Source of the DNA: Azolla caroliniana
Lineage: Eukaryota > Plantae > Polypodiophyta
Direction of reading: 5' to 3'
Length of the DNA: 64,000 nt
Assembly: GCA_043228905.1 (NCBI GenBank)
Contig: JBHGNT010000022.1
Location: 11,532,001-11,596,000, forward strand
Shown: piece after piece, positions 48,863-63,725 of the stretch
Layout: every line of letters starts with the position of its first letter
Numbering within the stretch: the first letter of the stretch is position 1
The notes under the pieces: generated by a model
What the model was told of the DNA's origin: nothing
The model's database searches: none
The model's input: only the letters and a program-made list of their open reading frames with translations
Program-made: the position numbers and the translations under genes

Positions 48863-51329
48863 GTAGAAGGTCTTTTTTGATCTGTTTAGACAAGTCTTTA
48901 AGTATTTGTGATTGCATTGAGAAGTGCCCACTTCAAACTGTGTATTTCTCAGCTATTTTTGAAATGAGTTGTTTGTGAGAATCTGCCTTATAGAATCAAA
49001 TTTTTGAGATTCCCCTTACTTTATGTTATGCCAGTAATATTCCTTTTTACGTGTTATGTTTTGATTTTATAACCATCTTATTTTACTATTATCTGTATAT
49101 TTTTATCTTGCCTAAGCAAATGCTGCTAATTTTGATTCAAAATGGAGTGTGCATGTAGCTATTGAATAACTGCACAGTGATCTGAGCCTTTTGAATTGGT
49201 TTTCATTTTTTGAATGACAAATTTACATCCACTTTTTCTGAAGTAAAATATGACCTCTTTGGGTTCCAATCAGGTGCAATCAAACGACTGAGTTTTAGTG
49301 CTCTACTTGATGTCAGAAGCCAAGAAGAATAACAGTTGTTTTGAGCACATATGGTTTAATGTAAGGCTTCTGTTGCCATCCACATTTATACAGAAGATCC
49401 ATACAGAAGGAAGTGTTTGAAATATAAATGTAGATGGCAACAGAAGATTCATACATGAAAGTTGCGGTAGTGTAATATTTGAACCAAACCACAGTTTAGA
49501 ATACATATGTAGGAAATCTAACGTAAAGTAATGCTGATTGCAGCAACGAAATCCAATGTTCTTTGATTTGATAATCCAAGTTAATACTTGTAAGTGGCAC
49601 ATAATTTCCACTAGATGTTTAATGCTCGGGAGGATCTTATGTTTTGCACGAGATAGTTCAATCTAAAAACCAGAATTTACAGAGGTAATCTAAAAACATT
49701 AATAAGATGTCATTTGTATACTAGTTCAATGCTATAAAAATGTCAAATGTGCAAGAACAAATGTAAAGTTGTATGCTAAAACAGAGGTAATCTATGCTAG
49801 AACAAATGTAAGGTTCTAGCATAGGAATTGTCATTTGTATATTAATTCAATATTATAAAAATGTCAAATATGCTATGAGATGAAGAACCATAGTTTCAAG
49901 TTAAAGAGGGATGGTGCAACTTATTAAATTGGTAGAGTTTGAAATTGAACCAATCATCCATTGAGCCAAATTTAGCTTGTTTTCCAGTATTGGATTTAAA
50001 TTGAATTGCACTCAACTGTTATGTCATAGTCTCTTGGTTCAATTTTGGCTCCAACTTGTGATTCCATGTTATATGTTGATTGCATATTATATGGTAAAAG
50101 GCCAATTGCACTTTACCTCTCATAGTTTATTCACTTCTCTTACATGGTCATGAGTCATGACTTGTATTCGTTGTTGAAGAGTTGTGCCATTAAATGATAT
50201 AGTTATTTGCTTAGAAAAATGAAAGAGTTTGTCGTAATTTTGTTCTTGTTTCCGTATGTGTGTATCATCTCAAACTAATGTGGTAATTTAGTTGTCCATT
50301 AGACATCTGGTAGAAATTACATGTCTTTTGACTATCGATTGAATGGTCACATGTAACTCATGACCTTGGATATCAATTGAAATGTTGATAGGAAGTCACT
50401 CTTTTACACTTGTATGTCAACCAATAACCACGATTGTGCCCTTCCAACTTCATGCCTCCGAAAATTATGCAATCCATGCAAGGAGGATAATTATTTTTTA
50501 TAAGATATGATTGATAAACGAAGCATTATGTGCTAAAGAATGTGTGAAAGCATTGCTTTTATACACTTCGAAAATCACTTTTTAGTCACCAAGCATCTTG
50601 AAATACAATGGTTTCAAGTTGTAAATGTGAAATCACCAATGGTAAAATGGGATTTTTAAGGTTGTGGGTGCAACCCTAGAACAACATGATTAATATTGAA
50701 TTCATTGTAAAAAACCCTTTGTTATTTTAGTTCTAGATCTTACTCGTGGCTTTTAAGTTTTAACAATTTCCTAATAATTCTAGTTTGAGATAATATATAC
50801 TTTGAGTATACTCCTAAAAAACATAGGAATAATGTTGTCATTGGCATTTTCCCCACAATATGAAAGAGTTAAAACACCTTTTAAACATTGTTATAAATGA
50901 ACATCGTCTATCCATTCGTGATAAAAAAAGGTATAACTCGTCAAACATCATCAATCATCACTAATGGGCATGCCATTCAACTCCTACTAGATATAAAACA
51001 AAGAGGGTTACTTCTCCATTCATGACCAAGTGATTAGGCTATATTTGCGGCCTTAAACCAATCACGATTCACCATAAGAGTGGCTAAGACATTGTTCATA
51101 TGAAGGTTCGTGAACATGAAAAGAAACCTAATTAAAGCACCATGAATAATTTAACAAGAAACCAAGATAGAGAGGATTGCTATCATATGAACCAAAAAGG
51201 CTCGAGGTCAAGCCTCTCACTTGAAAGGATGGAAGAGAAAGCAGAGTCCCTACTATCATTTGAACCAAATAGTCATGGGCATGAGGGGTTTGAGCACATA
51301 GATCGAGGAGCAAATGCATGCCAGAACAT

Positions 51330-52125
51330 GATTGGGATTGGACTTCGCCTTTTCGACCTTGACCTTGAACATGAGCCAAAGTCTAGATTGGGCTTGAGCT
51401 TAAGCTTGAACCTTAGAACATCAAACTAGGATTGGGCCTCAAAGTGGAGAATGACCCAAACATTGACCACGATCACGACCATGACCTTGACCTTTGACGT
51501 TTTTGGGTCATGAATGTTGGAACATTGAACTAGAATTGGGATTGGACATGGACTCGATGCTTGACCTTGGCCCTTTTGACATTTTTTTACCTTGACCTTG
51601 AACATGAGCCAAAGCCTATATTGAACTTGAGCTTGAACCTTGGAACATCAAACTAGGATTGGGATTGGACTTGGACCCGAAGCTTGACCTTGACCCTTTT
51701 TTACCTTTGACATTGACCTTGAACATGAGCCATAGCCTAGCCCGAACTTGAGCTTGAGCATGAAAGCACTAAGCTAGGGTTGGGCCTCGAACAGGAGAAT
51801 GACCCAAACATTGACTTAGACCTAGATCTTGAACCTGAGCTAGACTTAGACCTTGAACCCGAATTAGACCTAGACCTAGACCATGGCGTTTGTGGTAGTG
51901 AATGCTAGAGCATTGAATTGGGATTGGGATTGGACTTGAACCAAAAGCTTGACCTTGACCTTTTTTTGACTTTTTGACCTTGAATACAAGCCAGAGTTTG
52001 GCTTGAGCTTGAGCTTGAGCTTGAAACTCGGAACATCAAACTAGGAACTAGACCCTGACCTCGAGCCAGAGCGTAGGCCCAGGTAAAGCCAGAGCCAGAG
52101 CCAGAGCCCGAACCGGAACATCGAC
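51330..52125. repeat. Degenerate satellite of ~240-300-bp units built from hexamers (GACCTT, GAGCTT, GGATTG)
   Basis: Recurring GACCTTGAACATGAGCCA.., GGAACATCAAACTAGGA, GGAGAATGACCCAAACATTGAC. Confidence 0.8.
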
Positions 52126-52567
52126 TTGCAACTCGGAGTGAATAAAAAATCCCTTGTTCTATACATACATACTTATAGGATGATACATACATTATATGTA
52201 CATATGTACATATGTATGTATACATATGCTTTCTTTCTTTCTGAAAATCCCCTGTTTCCCATGAATGTTTGTTATATGCTTTTTCTATCAAAATCCCCTG
52301 TTCCCCATGAATGCCTAAACACTTCTTCACTACATACATACTACCCATCACAGCTCACAGAGAGAATCCATGGAAAGCTGTGTGTTGCAGAGCACTGCAG
52401 TATAGAAGCAGAAGCAGAAGCAGCAGCAGCAGCAGCAGAAGAAGAAGAAGAAGAAGAAGAAGAAGAAGAAGAAGAAGGAGAAAGGAGAAAGGAGAAGTGG
52501 CAGCAGTAGCAGTAGCAGTAGCAACACTGTTGAGCTTTCTGGCCTTGGTTTTCTTTTTTCTCCCCGC

Positions 52568-55500
52568 ATGAAGCGCCTCGGGGCGGAGCAGCAGCCTCCT
52601 ACCGCCTCCGCCAAGATCCTCAAGAAGTCATCTGCACAAACTCAGATCTTGTGCGGCCCCTCGCCCCACCATCGCCATCTTCCTCATCAGGATCTTCATG
52701 GAGAATATGAAGAAGGAAAAGAAAAAGAAGATTCTTTTGCAAAGAACTTAACGTACCCTAGCCATCGTCTTCATCAGTTAATGATTCGTCTTCAACATGA
52801 CAACGACGCCCCAGTTCAATTGCAAGCCCTTTCTTCTCTTCATGCTCTCTTGGAAGATGAAGATGAAGATGAAGATGATCTCCTGATTGCAGAAGACTCT
52901 AGTAGCTGCAGTATTAGTAATTGTGGGGATTCTGTGATGGAAACTTTGCCTTCACTTCTGCTTCAGAAACTGTGGAATGAGAAAAATGCACTAGTTGTGC
53001 AGAAGGTTGTGCGAACCTTAGCTTCCTTGGCCATTTTGAGCTTAAGGAAGCCTGGCTACGCGCTTGCCTTTCGCATGAAGAAACAGACCCCGGAGCTTAA
53101 CACAATCTCTGGCAAGGATCAGCCGCCTCCTCACAGATATGTTAAGTCAGAAATAAACTTGAATCAGACTCCTGATGAACAGCCAAATCTCCGATCGGAA
53201 CATACAGCTGCAGATGGTAGTGTGAGCTCTGATTGTAACTTGTTGCAAGAAGCATTTACCACTGATCATAACTCCTTGAAAGAAGCTTCCATCACTGATT
53301 GCGATTCTTTGAAAGAAGATGCCAGCGCTGATCCTAGGTCGTTGAAAGAAGAATTCTGTAAACAAGTTGTAGAAAATCTCTTGCTTTACCTCCGAGGTGA
53401 TTGTCTTAACAGCTTGTCGCTAAAGCTTCAGATATTGCGCTCCCTGCATCTCATTACAGAAGAAGGTGGAATAATTCCAATGGATACCATTGTTAGGCTA
53501 AATAAGCTTCTAGGAAGTACCAATTCATTCATTAAAGCTCATACATTGCAGTTAATTGCAATGGTGTTGGTTACAAACTCGAAAGGCAAATCTTTACCTG
53601 GACAGGAAACATTTATAGGGCTCTTTTATGACTATACTTTTGATCCCAGTGTTCTTGTGAGAAAATCTGCTCTACGATCACAAATTCTCTTACATAATAA
53701 TGGATATCTATTGACAAAGGAGTGCTACCTGGTAGCATCGTCTCTACTTCAAGATCCAGATGAAGAAATTCGTTCAATTTCTATTCATGTGGTAAGAAAG
53801 GAACGAGTTAGGTAGTGTATTCATGTTCTAGATGGTGATTTCTTCTCGTTTCTTTAACTGAATGGCCATGTCCTGTTTATGTAGATAAAGTTATGGGTGG
53901 AACAAAGTCCAGAGGACAACACAAACGATGCATTTATACAGGTTTGTGTTTTCAATGTGAGAAATCAAAGTATAATAGATGTAGGACATCTGTCTTTTCA
54001 TTTTATAATTCATCTATATTTCAGCATAACCACCTTTTACAGGCGCTTATCTTGTGATGTGCTACCTCAGGTCAGATATGTCAGATTAACATAGCTCGTA
54101 ACTAGAGTTATGGGTATTCTGGGCGTCACCTGGGTTGTGATGATAGAGTTGAGACATGCGATCCGCCACCATGGAATTTTTTGTGTGATTTAGAGTAAAA
54201 CATTTGGCTTTCATCTTTTGTTTATAGCTTGATTACCTGGCCATTTTGGTGGGAAAATTACTGTTCTTCCTTTGTCCTCCTGATTTTTATAGCCATCACG
54301 ATTCACAAGGTCCATATTCCAATAGTCTTTATGCAATATGACACCTCATTTCTAGTTTCTCAGTGTAAATGAGTGAGAGCATAGAACCCCTTTAGTATTG
54401 CTCAACATTTTGTTGGTTATTTACTATTGTATTTTTTTTTTAGGTATGTAAGTTGATGATAGACATGGATTTCTCTGTCAGGATTGAAGCATGCAAAGCA
54501 TTGGCAGCAATGAAGAATGTCAAAGAAGATTTACTCCTCCAAGCTCTAAGCAAACAACCTCTGGGATTACCTTCAGATGATAAAGAACCAATACCATCTT
54601 CACTTATCACAATTCCTGAAACAGATGTAGATGTTTCCAAATATGAACAAGGTTTAAGTGTTCTTGACAAAGTGAACATGGGCGCTTTTGTGCATGGTAT
54701 TGAAGATGAATTTTATGAGGTAAGAGAAGAAAATAACTGAATAATGTCTACTATATTATCCTTTGTTTTAAAAAGGCGAATTTTAATAATATGAACTGGA
54801 AAATCCAGATGATATTTCAATGGGCCTGTACATATTATCAGCTTTTCTTTTCTTTTCTTTTACGAAAGCTCTTATTTTTGTTCTCTTCTTCTTCTTCTTT
54901 TGTTGGTTCTCGTTTTTTTATATATTCACAATTTTCTTGCTACGTAACTTCAGCTGTGTATAGGAAATATATGTTTGATACAAGTTAAAAAATGCCTTAA
55001 TGTATCCAATTGCATCTCACTACTCCCATGAGCCTTGTCTCTCGGGGAGCCTTAACTCTTCTTTGAACTCGCTCACACAAGTTAGGCGTTGAGGTAAAGA
55101 AATAAAGAAAGAAAAGAGAAAATCATAATTCTGTAGATGATGGCATGGGATTCCAATGGGATAGCATTTTTAAATGTGTTTCAAGTCCAAATATTATTGT
55201 TGGCATTTACTGGTGTTTTTTCAGTAGGTTACGGTTATAGAGAAAACATTTTGCAGCATTCTGATGCTCTCTTTGCTGATAGAAGTGATGAAATGCTGAA
55301 TTTAACATAGAGCGGATCAGAATCATTTTTTGAAAGATCTGAAATGTCAATATGAAGCATAAGATATTGTGAACAATAACGAGAATGTAAATTAAACAAC
55401 CAAGGCTGTGAGTTTGCTATGTAAGTGAAGAAGGCAGAAGCGTATAGATATCTTATATTTTAGACTTTTGTTCCAAGCCAGATCTGAACATGTTACTAGA

Positions 55501-58500
55501 ATGAGGGGTCATACTGCCACATCATTGGAAGATATATTTATGTATGTGCTGTGCATGAATGAAGATTAGCAAGTTGTCGGGTCCCAAGTGTTCAATTTAT
55601 TCATGGAAATTGTCATGTAAGATAATAGCTAATGGAAAAGTACTTCTGTCAAAAAAGTCACATAAACCATTAGTAATATATGATAATAATAATTGAAAAA
55701 ACTTGAAGTAGAAATTTCACTCTGTGCATGTATAGCTGTTAAAAATGCCAATAAATTTCTTTTTGAGTACAGGTTCGTGCTCTGACTGTAAAAGCATTGG
55801 AGACCATGTTTGGTTGTTCGACAAAGTCTCGTAACATGATTTTAGAGATCATGATGAACATGATAAATGATGATTCCAAGCACGTTCGCCTCAATGCTTT
55901 ACAAGCGTTGATTCATGCAAATGAATGTTATGGTCTTTCTGTCAAGGACAATGATCTTCATACGGTATTTACTCACCAGCCCAAACTTATATTGATTTTT
56001 TCTGTTTAAGTTCTGGAAGGTTTCTGAATAAAGAGTTCAACATGTTAAATATTGAGTCAATTTTTATTTCTCTTGTTGGAAATGGAAGCACAATTGCCTT
56101 TCCATCCTTATTCTTGTATCCGACATCAGCATATTGGTATAAGTGAGAAGTATTGAGTAGCTTCAAACACGGTACAACAGTTTGTTATGGGATTGTGCAC
56201 AATGTCATATGTTGGGGTAAGATAGTGATTCTCTCACCACATTGATAAAAATATGCAATCTCCTGCCACTGGCATTCAGTCCTGAGGAATTAGTGTCAGC
56301 TTTGTAATCTATCTTGAAGGCACATGTCTTTTTATTTATATGTGGCTATTATTATTTGTGTTTAAAACGTTTGTACACAACTGGATGATTGGGTGGGTTC
56401 TGGCATGAATGGAAAATCATGAACTATGGCTGATTCTGAGTTTTCATGCAAGGATGATTTTTTTTTATTAGACATGGATTATTCCTTTTTTTATTAGACA
56501 TGGATACTAGTCATGCACTGGTTGCTGATTCATGGTTTCCAGCCATATCGTTTTTTTCTTATTTTACAAATTATGTGAGCTTATTTGCAAATGCCCTCAT
56601 AAAAAGAGGAGCTGTTTCATTCAATCATTTCCTTGTTCAACAGATATAGTAAACCCTCAATGCACTAGGGCGACTTAGTGTTCTGGAGATGGATATTAGC
56701 CACAATTCCTTATTTACAGACAACTCTTTCGTGAGACAAACATTGTGGGAGTGTTCATACTAGAAATCAAGTGACATAGAGAGACTTTGTTTGAAAACAA
56801 TACAGCCACAACGAATCATATAATCTTCTATAGCAACATCACCGTGCTACAAGTTAATCAAGGGCTACCCAAGTAGGGCTACTGACGATATTCTAGAGGG
56901 TTTACAGTACATCAGGCAATACCAATTTGTTGTGCTCATAGCTCACTCCATCTGAATCATGTTATGGTGATCCTTGTTATTGATAAATTGAAGGTGCTTT
57001 CCTCATTTTGGAGAACTTCACATGCTAGGCAGGCCCATGTGAACTCACTATGTTATGTTGTTCCATTTATGCATTTATTTATCTTTCTTAAACTGTTTGG
57101 ATTTTTTCCACATCGAGTTTCTGCTTTGGGAATATACAAGGTACAACTCCAATGTAAGATATTGAATTAACAAGAGGATTCATGAAATATTGAATAATTT
57201 CTGTCTCAACAGTGTTTGATATTGAATTTCTCTTGATGGATGTAATGCTGTCTGTTTTTATATCATAGCTAAATATATCTAGAGCTATTTTTTACAGCTT
57301 CATGCAACACTGGAAGATATAGATGAAGATGTCCGTATGTCAGGAAAAAGGTTACTGGGACAAATACAACTGTCAAGTAAAGATGGTTTCAAAATTACAG
57401 TAGAAGCTCTTATGAACCATATTTATAAGAATCCTCAGGTATGCCTATTCCTTTTTGTTTATCCTACACTCATAATTAAAAGCCTATTGAACAATATGAA
57501 AAATATTTCTGGATGTGTCTGGTAACAATGCATCTATTAATTTCTTTCATCCCCACAATTTTACTCTCAAGTAAGAAGCTGTAAAGGTTGAGCCAGGACC
57601 CTTGTGTGTGTATAATCTTTTTCTTTGTCCCATATTCTTAATTCAGACCTGATTTAGCTATGTAACAAGGGTTCCTGATATCAGACCTTATTTAACTATA
57701 TCAATTTAGGAGCAAAGCATTGGTGCCCCATGATATAATCCAGGCAAAGATGGGAGCAACCCTATAATCATCAAGGCATTATTCTGATCAGTGACCTGTA
57801 TCCAATGGCTTTAGGAGCTTCCTAAACGAAGGTACTGAAGGTTGGCACTTATGTCGTCAAATCAGCAAGCTAAACATGAAGACATTCATTGTTGGTATGT
57901 TGAAATGCAAGAATGGTTGGAGTTACATGACATAAGCGTAAATGCACTAACCCCATTTCAATATAGCTTGGATTGTCCCCATCTAAACATGACCAAAGTG
58001 GACAAAAATTAGAAGAATCTGAACTGATATTAATAACTCTGAAAACAATATAACTTCGATCAGGCCCAAAACATCACTTGTTAGGAAGTTACGCCACTGT
58101 GTCAAAGGGAAAGTCCAGAGATTAATGACAACTGTCCGATTCCTACCCCTGTCCATTATAAGACACACTTTTTACACATATCGGAGGATGGATTCTTCAT
58201 TAGGCCATCTTATATGGACATACATCTATTCTATGCATTGTGCAGTGTGATAGGACAGCTATGAACTTCATCACTCAGTTAGAGATTGAGGTAGGTAGAT
58301 ATACATGAATACCTATTTGCCAATTGTGTCATCAGGGAGTGGAATATGAAGAACAATGTGTTTCATTGTATTGTTCTTTATGAAATAAGAGGGTGATACG
58401 ATTGCCTCTTTAAGCAAGGCTATTCAAGGTAATTGAATATGAGGACCAACGGTGCTTGGGGCTTTTCTTGCCAGAACTCAAGAGCCACAGGGAAAAGTTG

Positions 58501-61500
58501 TTGAAGGACAACAATATAGCCACACAAGCTCATCGATAAAGAACAATCACAACTTTCTTTAAGCCTATCATTCATGGTATAAGTCAATCAAGGGCTATGG
58601 AAATGGGCTCCCGACCAAGATATAACAAAGGGGTTACAATAGATTGAGCAATAACAATTTACTGTGCTTAGGCCCTGGTCTCATGGACCACGATCTCATC
58701 ACCCATCGATAGATAAAGGCCATTATCTCCTGCCATTGTTGTGCTTACCTTCTTTCTGAGACCTCTCTATTTTGGATTGACCTATGCTAGAGAATATATC
58801 TATCTAACTTGAGAATCTTACATCTACCAATAACAAGATTCTTTAGTCACTTTTATCTTATGTACTTTTTTTTTACTTAGTAATGTTTATTTTGGTTTTT
58901 ATTATCAAAGACGAGACAACACTTACGATGTAACCTCTTGTTTGGTCTTATAGGCCATTTTGGCATCTTAAAAGCGTTAATATATATTTCTTTCTTTCTT
59001 CCATTTACTTTGTTTATTAACTTTGTTTTAGTAATACTTCACACTGCACATAGGAAACCTCAAAGAGAGGCAAACACAAAGAATCTATACAACCAATGTG
59101 ACTAAAAAAGAGGGCATACATTTTCTCTTCAATCTGATGTAAGCTGTAACAAGCACATAATGCATATAACAATACGATGGTCATAATAAGATTCGATAAA
59201 CCTGATAAGCACCAGATGTTGACAAAATACCTGATGATTGCAAATGGACCATATAGTTAAAGAGGACAGAAATGCATCCATGCAAAACAGATTTTGAATG
59301 GTTCAACATTTGCTCTTCAATCTGACGTAAGCTGTAACAAGCACATAATGCGTATAACGATGGTCATAATAAGATTTGATAAACTGGATAAGCACCAGAT
59401 GTTGACAAAATACCTGCTGATTGCAAATGGACCATATAGTCAAAGAGGACAGAAATGCATCCATGCAAAACAGATTTTGAATGGTTTGAAGACCTTTGGC
59501 TGGATGACAAAAAGCATACGAGCTTCCAAACTGGAAATAGGAAATCGTAACTGAAGAGATTGGATGGTTTATAGGGCATGGCTGTAGCACAAATGTGGGA
59601 GAGTTTCAGCTTTTTCTGGAAGTGCGAGATGCAGCCTTCCTTAACTGTAGCAGTACATCAGATGCAGGCGCAACATCTAATGCACCATCCGATGTTACAC
59701 ACCAAGTTTATGACATGTTAGAAGTATTTACAGTTCCGGAGCTACTATGCTGCAACAGTCAACTAATTAGGGGTATTTACTGCCATATGAGTTGATTCAG
59801 TAGACATTAAATGCATAAATCGAATAGAATCTGAAAATTCAAGTATCAAATTAAAGTACTCATAGCTAGAGGGCTTCTAATTTAGGAGTCTTTTAAAATA
59901 TGGAGGTGCCAACTCTTCTCTACAACCAGCTCCAGATCAATGTAAATGCTCCAAGTCAAAATTTTAATACCTAAATTGGAATTTCTAAGTCACTTGCATT
60001 TCTTTGCCCAAAGCTCCAAACTAATGTCAAAGAAATTTGCCCCACCTTGTTATAAAGCATATCTGTACGATATACATTAATGATTATACTAATGCAATAT
60101 CCAAGGTCCAACTCTGGAACCTTGAGAATCTGCCGTCACATGGCCAAAGAGTGCACAGATCCTATTCTTCAGTCAATGGAAACTATACAAAAGATGAAAT
60201 TAGCATGCAAGTTATCTTCATAACCTGTCCTTATAAATTTATTACATCGATTTGCCTGTATTAGCATCAATAGGCAAACAACTCTTAGCATGTCTTAAAT
60301 TCCCTTGCTGGACCAGACCATTCATTGTCCTTAAAACTGGATATCTATCCAATCAACAATGCACTTCCAATTTGTGCATTGTCTATTGTTGTGGGGTATT
60401 TTGCCTGAACGGTTTAGACATTCAACAGTACTTTGATCGATCCTACCTTCTCCAGAAGTGGTAGGAAACAAGGTGTCATACACTATGCTGTAGATCCAGG
60501 TTTTCTAGAGATTGGACATGTTAGATGAGGTTACTTGAATAGGGAATATATTTTGATAATGCAATTGCACTGCAAGAACAAGAGTAAGCCTTGGATTTAT
60601 CCAGTTTCTGATGTTCTAATGTTAAATGTCCACTACATGAAAGTTTAGACCAGTATTTGGACAATAGTTTAAAGTTTGGACTAACTAAACGCATTTAGAT
60701 TGACATATGAATTTTGATGGGAAGGCTTACTATTATTGATCTTCTCGCTGTCTCTTTGTTGATGTTCTAGTTTCAAGTGTAACAGCTATAGAAATCTGAG
60801 TTTTTGAGACAGTGTAGGGATGTGGTAGAAGCATTTCTCTGGCTTTGCCTGGAGCTTTAATGATTTGTATGGAGAGACTTATAACTACTGATATTCACTC
60901 TCTCTTAGACAGCTTTATTGTTTTCAACTGTAAAAGCTACACGAAACTGAGTTTTGGGGCTGTGTTGCTATCTCTGGTTTGTAATTATTTTTGGACTTAC
61001 TTTTATGACATGGATCTATATTTGCATTTTTATTGTGCAATGTTCTCCATTCCATCTTCAGTCTAAATCAAGGATCAGAGCATTCTAATTGTTCAGATTA
61101 TCTGGATGTTTGTGAGTGATATGTTCAATATCACTGTGTTAAGGTTGCAAGAGGACCAAAAATAAAAGTGCAGTTGGGAGAATTTGATTGCTTTTCATAT
61201 GATAGCTATACATTTTCATCCAATCATAGATATACTGAGAGCCCTTCATGAGTTCATTCATTTCGATGTATGCAAACATCTATGTATGTTTATGATTAAT
61301 TGTCACGTTTCTTTGAGTACATCAACACATTCGGAATAAATTTTCTTTTCAATAGTTTAACTATACAATTTAAGTGCATGGCAAGTAATAAGCATGATAA
61401 TTATACAGGTATGTTTCTTATGTGTCAGTATATGTGTGCTGTTATTTTCACCCTATTATAGTACTGTGTATTCAGAAGATGTTTTATTATATTAAGTACT

Positions 61501-63098
61501 TCTTAGGTAAGAGTTTAATGGGCAAGGTAATGATGCAATTATCAACTATCCATTTTGGTTGCTGACCAGGAGCACAATGTGATTGACACTCTCAACAGGC
61601 TTGGAAGAGGTCATAATGAATATCTACAACTGATAACAAAAGATCTTCTAAATGAGGTGTGTCTTCGTATGCATATATATTGTCATATCACCATTACAAC
61701 TACTACGCCATTCTTTTTTAAAAATAGGACGGATTGTATTGATGGGCTCTCGTGTTGGTGATGGGAGTGCAGTTGAAAGTACATTTATCTGGTGATGTTG
61801 GCCTGGATGCACCAAGTTGTCGGTGCATTCTTACCCTTCTTTCTTCAATATCAGAAGATGCAAACTTTATCCCAAGTCGAGTACTTTCCCAGGCACAATT
61901 ATTCAAACAGGTAGCTCATCGGGAACATCCTGTATGGACTGTAGACACTATCTGTCAAGATGAATCAATCAATTTAGAGCCAAAGAGTCTGCTACATACT
62001 GATAGTTTAAACCACAAAAAAAGAGTTGAAACTTTACTGGAAAGCACAATCAGATCTGTGTGGAATATGAAAACTATGCTTAGACATGAAATGGTTTCAA
62101 GCATGAAGCAAGTGTTGAGGTAAAAGAAAAATCTTTGAATAACAGTGTCACTCTCTCACTGTCAAGAGTACTTATAATTTTGGCTTAATTGTTTTAGTGG
62201 CAGCCGAAGGGACCTGAAATCACTTCTTGGCAATACTTCTGATGAGGATCAAGCAGCTTCAACAACCTTAACCCTGTATTACGTTGAATTTATTTCATTG
62301 CTTTTACAAGGCTGGATTTGTTTTCATCCAAAGAGTTCCATTGCTGCAAGACCATGCGTACATCAACTTGCTTGTAGATTAGATTTCATTGTGTCATATA
62401 TGTTGCATGCCTTTTTTGGGCATACACCAGAACAGAAATTTGTTCTGCTGGAGGTGAGCTTGCTACCTATTGTTTGGAGGATGACAGAGAAAGTAGACAA
62501 AAAAGATTGTAAAAATGTTGCATCCATTATGACGACCCTAGAGAAAATGGGGTTGCCTTACAGTCATTTCATGGAAGAAGTAGAAGAAAACATCGTGAAA
62601 GCCTCAAGTAGTGTGGACCCTTGCAAAGTTTTTAGAGCCGCTCGAAAGTTGGCATTCTCATTCTGGCCAATGATGTTACCTATCGGTAATCCACTGAGGG
62701 AGCTGAAAGCTGATCTATCAATTGTAAGCAGTGATCCTCTACCATTTCAGATAGGTCTACCAGTTGGAATTCCAGTCAAGCTTCTCTTTTGGAATTTGAA
62801 GAAAAGTGATCGGATATGGATATACATGCGCCTGAGCTCTTTATGGTCACAATACATATTCTTGAATACTGAATGTCTTAGAAGTGTTGATGAGATGGTT
62901 ACGACTCTCATAGTTCCAGGTCTCCGAAGTGTTTTATCGGAATGTACATTAAAAGCTACAGTCATTCTAGAGTGCCCTCAAGTCATCCATGGAAATGATC
63001 CTACAGTCCCGAAAGGTTATGCCCTGCCACTTACTCATGGAAAAGAGATTCGTTTGGTTGATATTGCTAATTCAATGTATAGATCTGCCCAAGTGTAA
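52568..63098 (+). CDS. INTS4: Integrator complex subunit 4 / SIEL HEAT-repeat protein; exons 52568-53791, 53885-53941, 54444-54719, 55773-55964, 57298-57438, 61570-61656, 61773-62119, 62198-63098
   Basis: HEAT motifs DPSVLVRKSAL, DPDEEIR, DMDFSVRIEA..LLLQALSK, GAFVHGIEDEFYEVR, NDDSKHVRLNAL; phase-consistent GT-AG introns. Confidence 0.88.
57750..59000 (+). mobile_element. Old 5'-truncated LINE remnant related to the RTE-X-like element, in INTS4 intron 5
   Basis: IGQL..QLEIEVGR..ICQLC..E.EE and ELKSHREKLL match the ORF2 C-terminus; tail GTTAATATATATTTCTTTCTTTC; 5' boundary approximate. Confidence 0.75.
59117..59484. repeat. ~180-bp tandem duplication in INTS4 intron 5
   Basis: ACATTT..CTTCAATCTGA(T/C)GTAAGCTG...CAGATTTTGAATGGTT twice. 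Confidence 0.88.
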
Positions 63099-63244
63099 AG
63101 CTACAATCATTCCATAGTGCCCTCAAATCATCCATAAAAATGATGCTAGAAGTCCTACCGGTTATGTCATTTAATGAAGTGCGGTGTGCCATTTAATGAT
63201 ATTACTAGTTCAAAGTATAGTGCGATGTGCCATTTAATGAAGTG

Positions 63245-63725
63245 TTTAACAAAGAAGGTTAAAAAGGAAAAACTGTGCTATGTTTGTTCAATGATGAAAG
63301 TTAAATAGGAAGGCCATCTAGTAATATTGCCATGGGTGAACAGTAAGATGGTAAAACAAAAGATGTGCTTGTATATTGGATTTGCAGCATCCAAAGGAAG
63401 CCATTTATTATTATGAGGTTTCCTATACATGGGAAGAAACATTCAAGGGAGTCAATTATTATTATGAGGTTTCCTATACATGGGAAGAAACATCCAAGGG
63501 AGTCAATTTATTAATTAAGTGGTTTCCTATCAATTAGGTTTGAATGACATATTTAACAAAGAAGGTTAAAAAGGAAAAACTGTGCTAAAGAGGAATGTTC
63601 AATGATGAATGTTAAAGAGGAAACCTGTCTAGTAGTATTGCCATGGGTGAACAGTAAGATGAGTAAAACAAAATCTGTGGTTTTATAATGGATTTTTAGC
63701 ATCCAAAGGAAGCAATTTATTATTT
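63245..63725. repeat. Local duplications downstream of INTS4 (~170-bp pair at ~63245 and ~63553, and a 53-bp tandem pair)
   Basis: TTTAACAAAGAAGGTTAAAAAGGAAAAACTGTGCTA.. twice; TTATTATTATGAGGTTTCC..GGAGTCAAT twice. Confidence 0.85.

Noticed and set aside
61721-61772. INTS4 acceptor at AAATAG (61727)
   Set aside because: Leads to an in-frame TGA; the GTGCAG acceptor at 61772 keeps the frame
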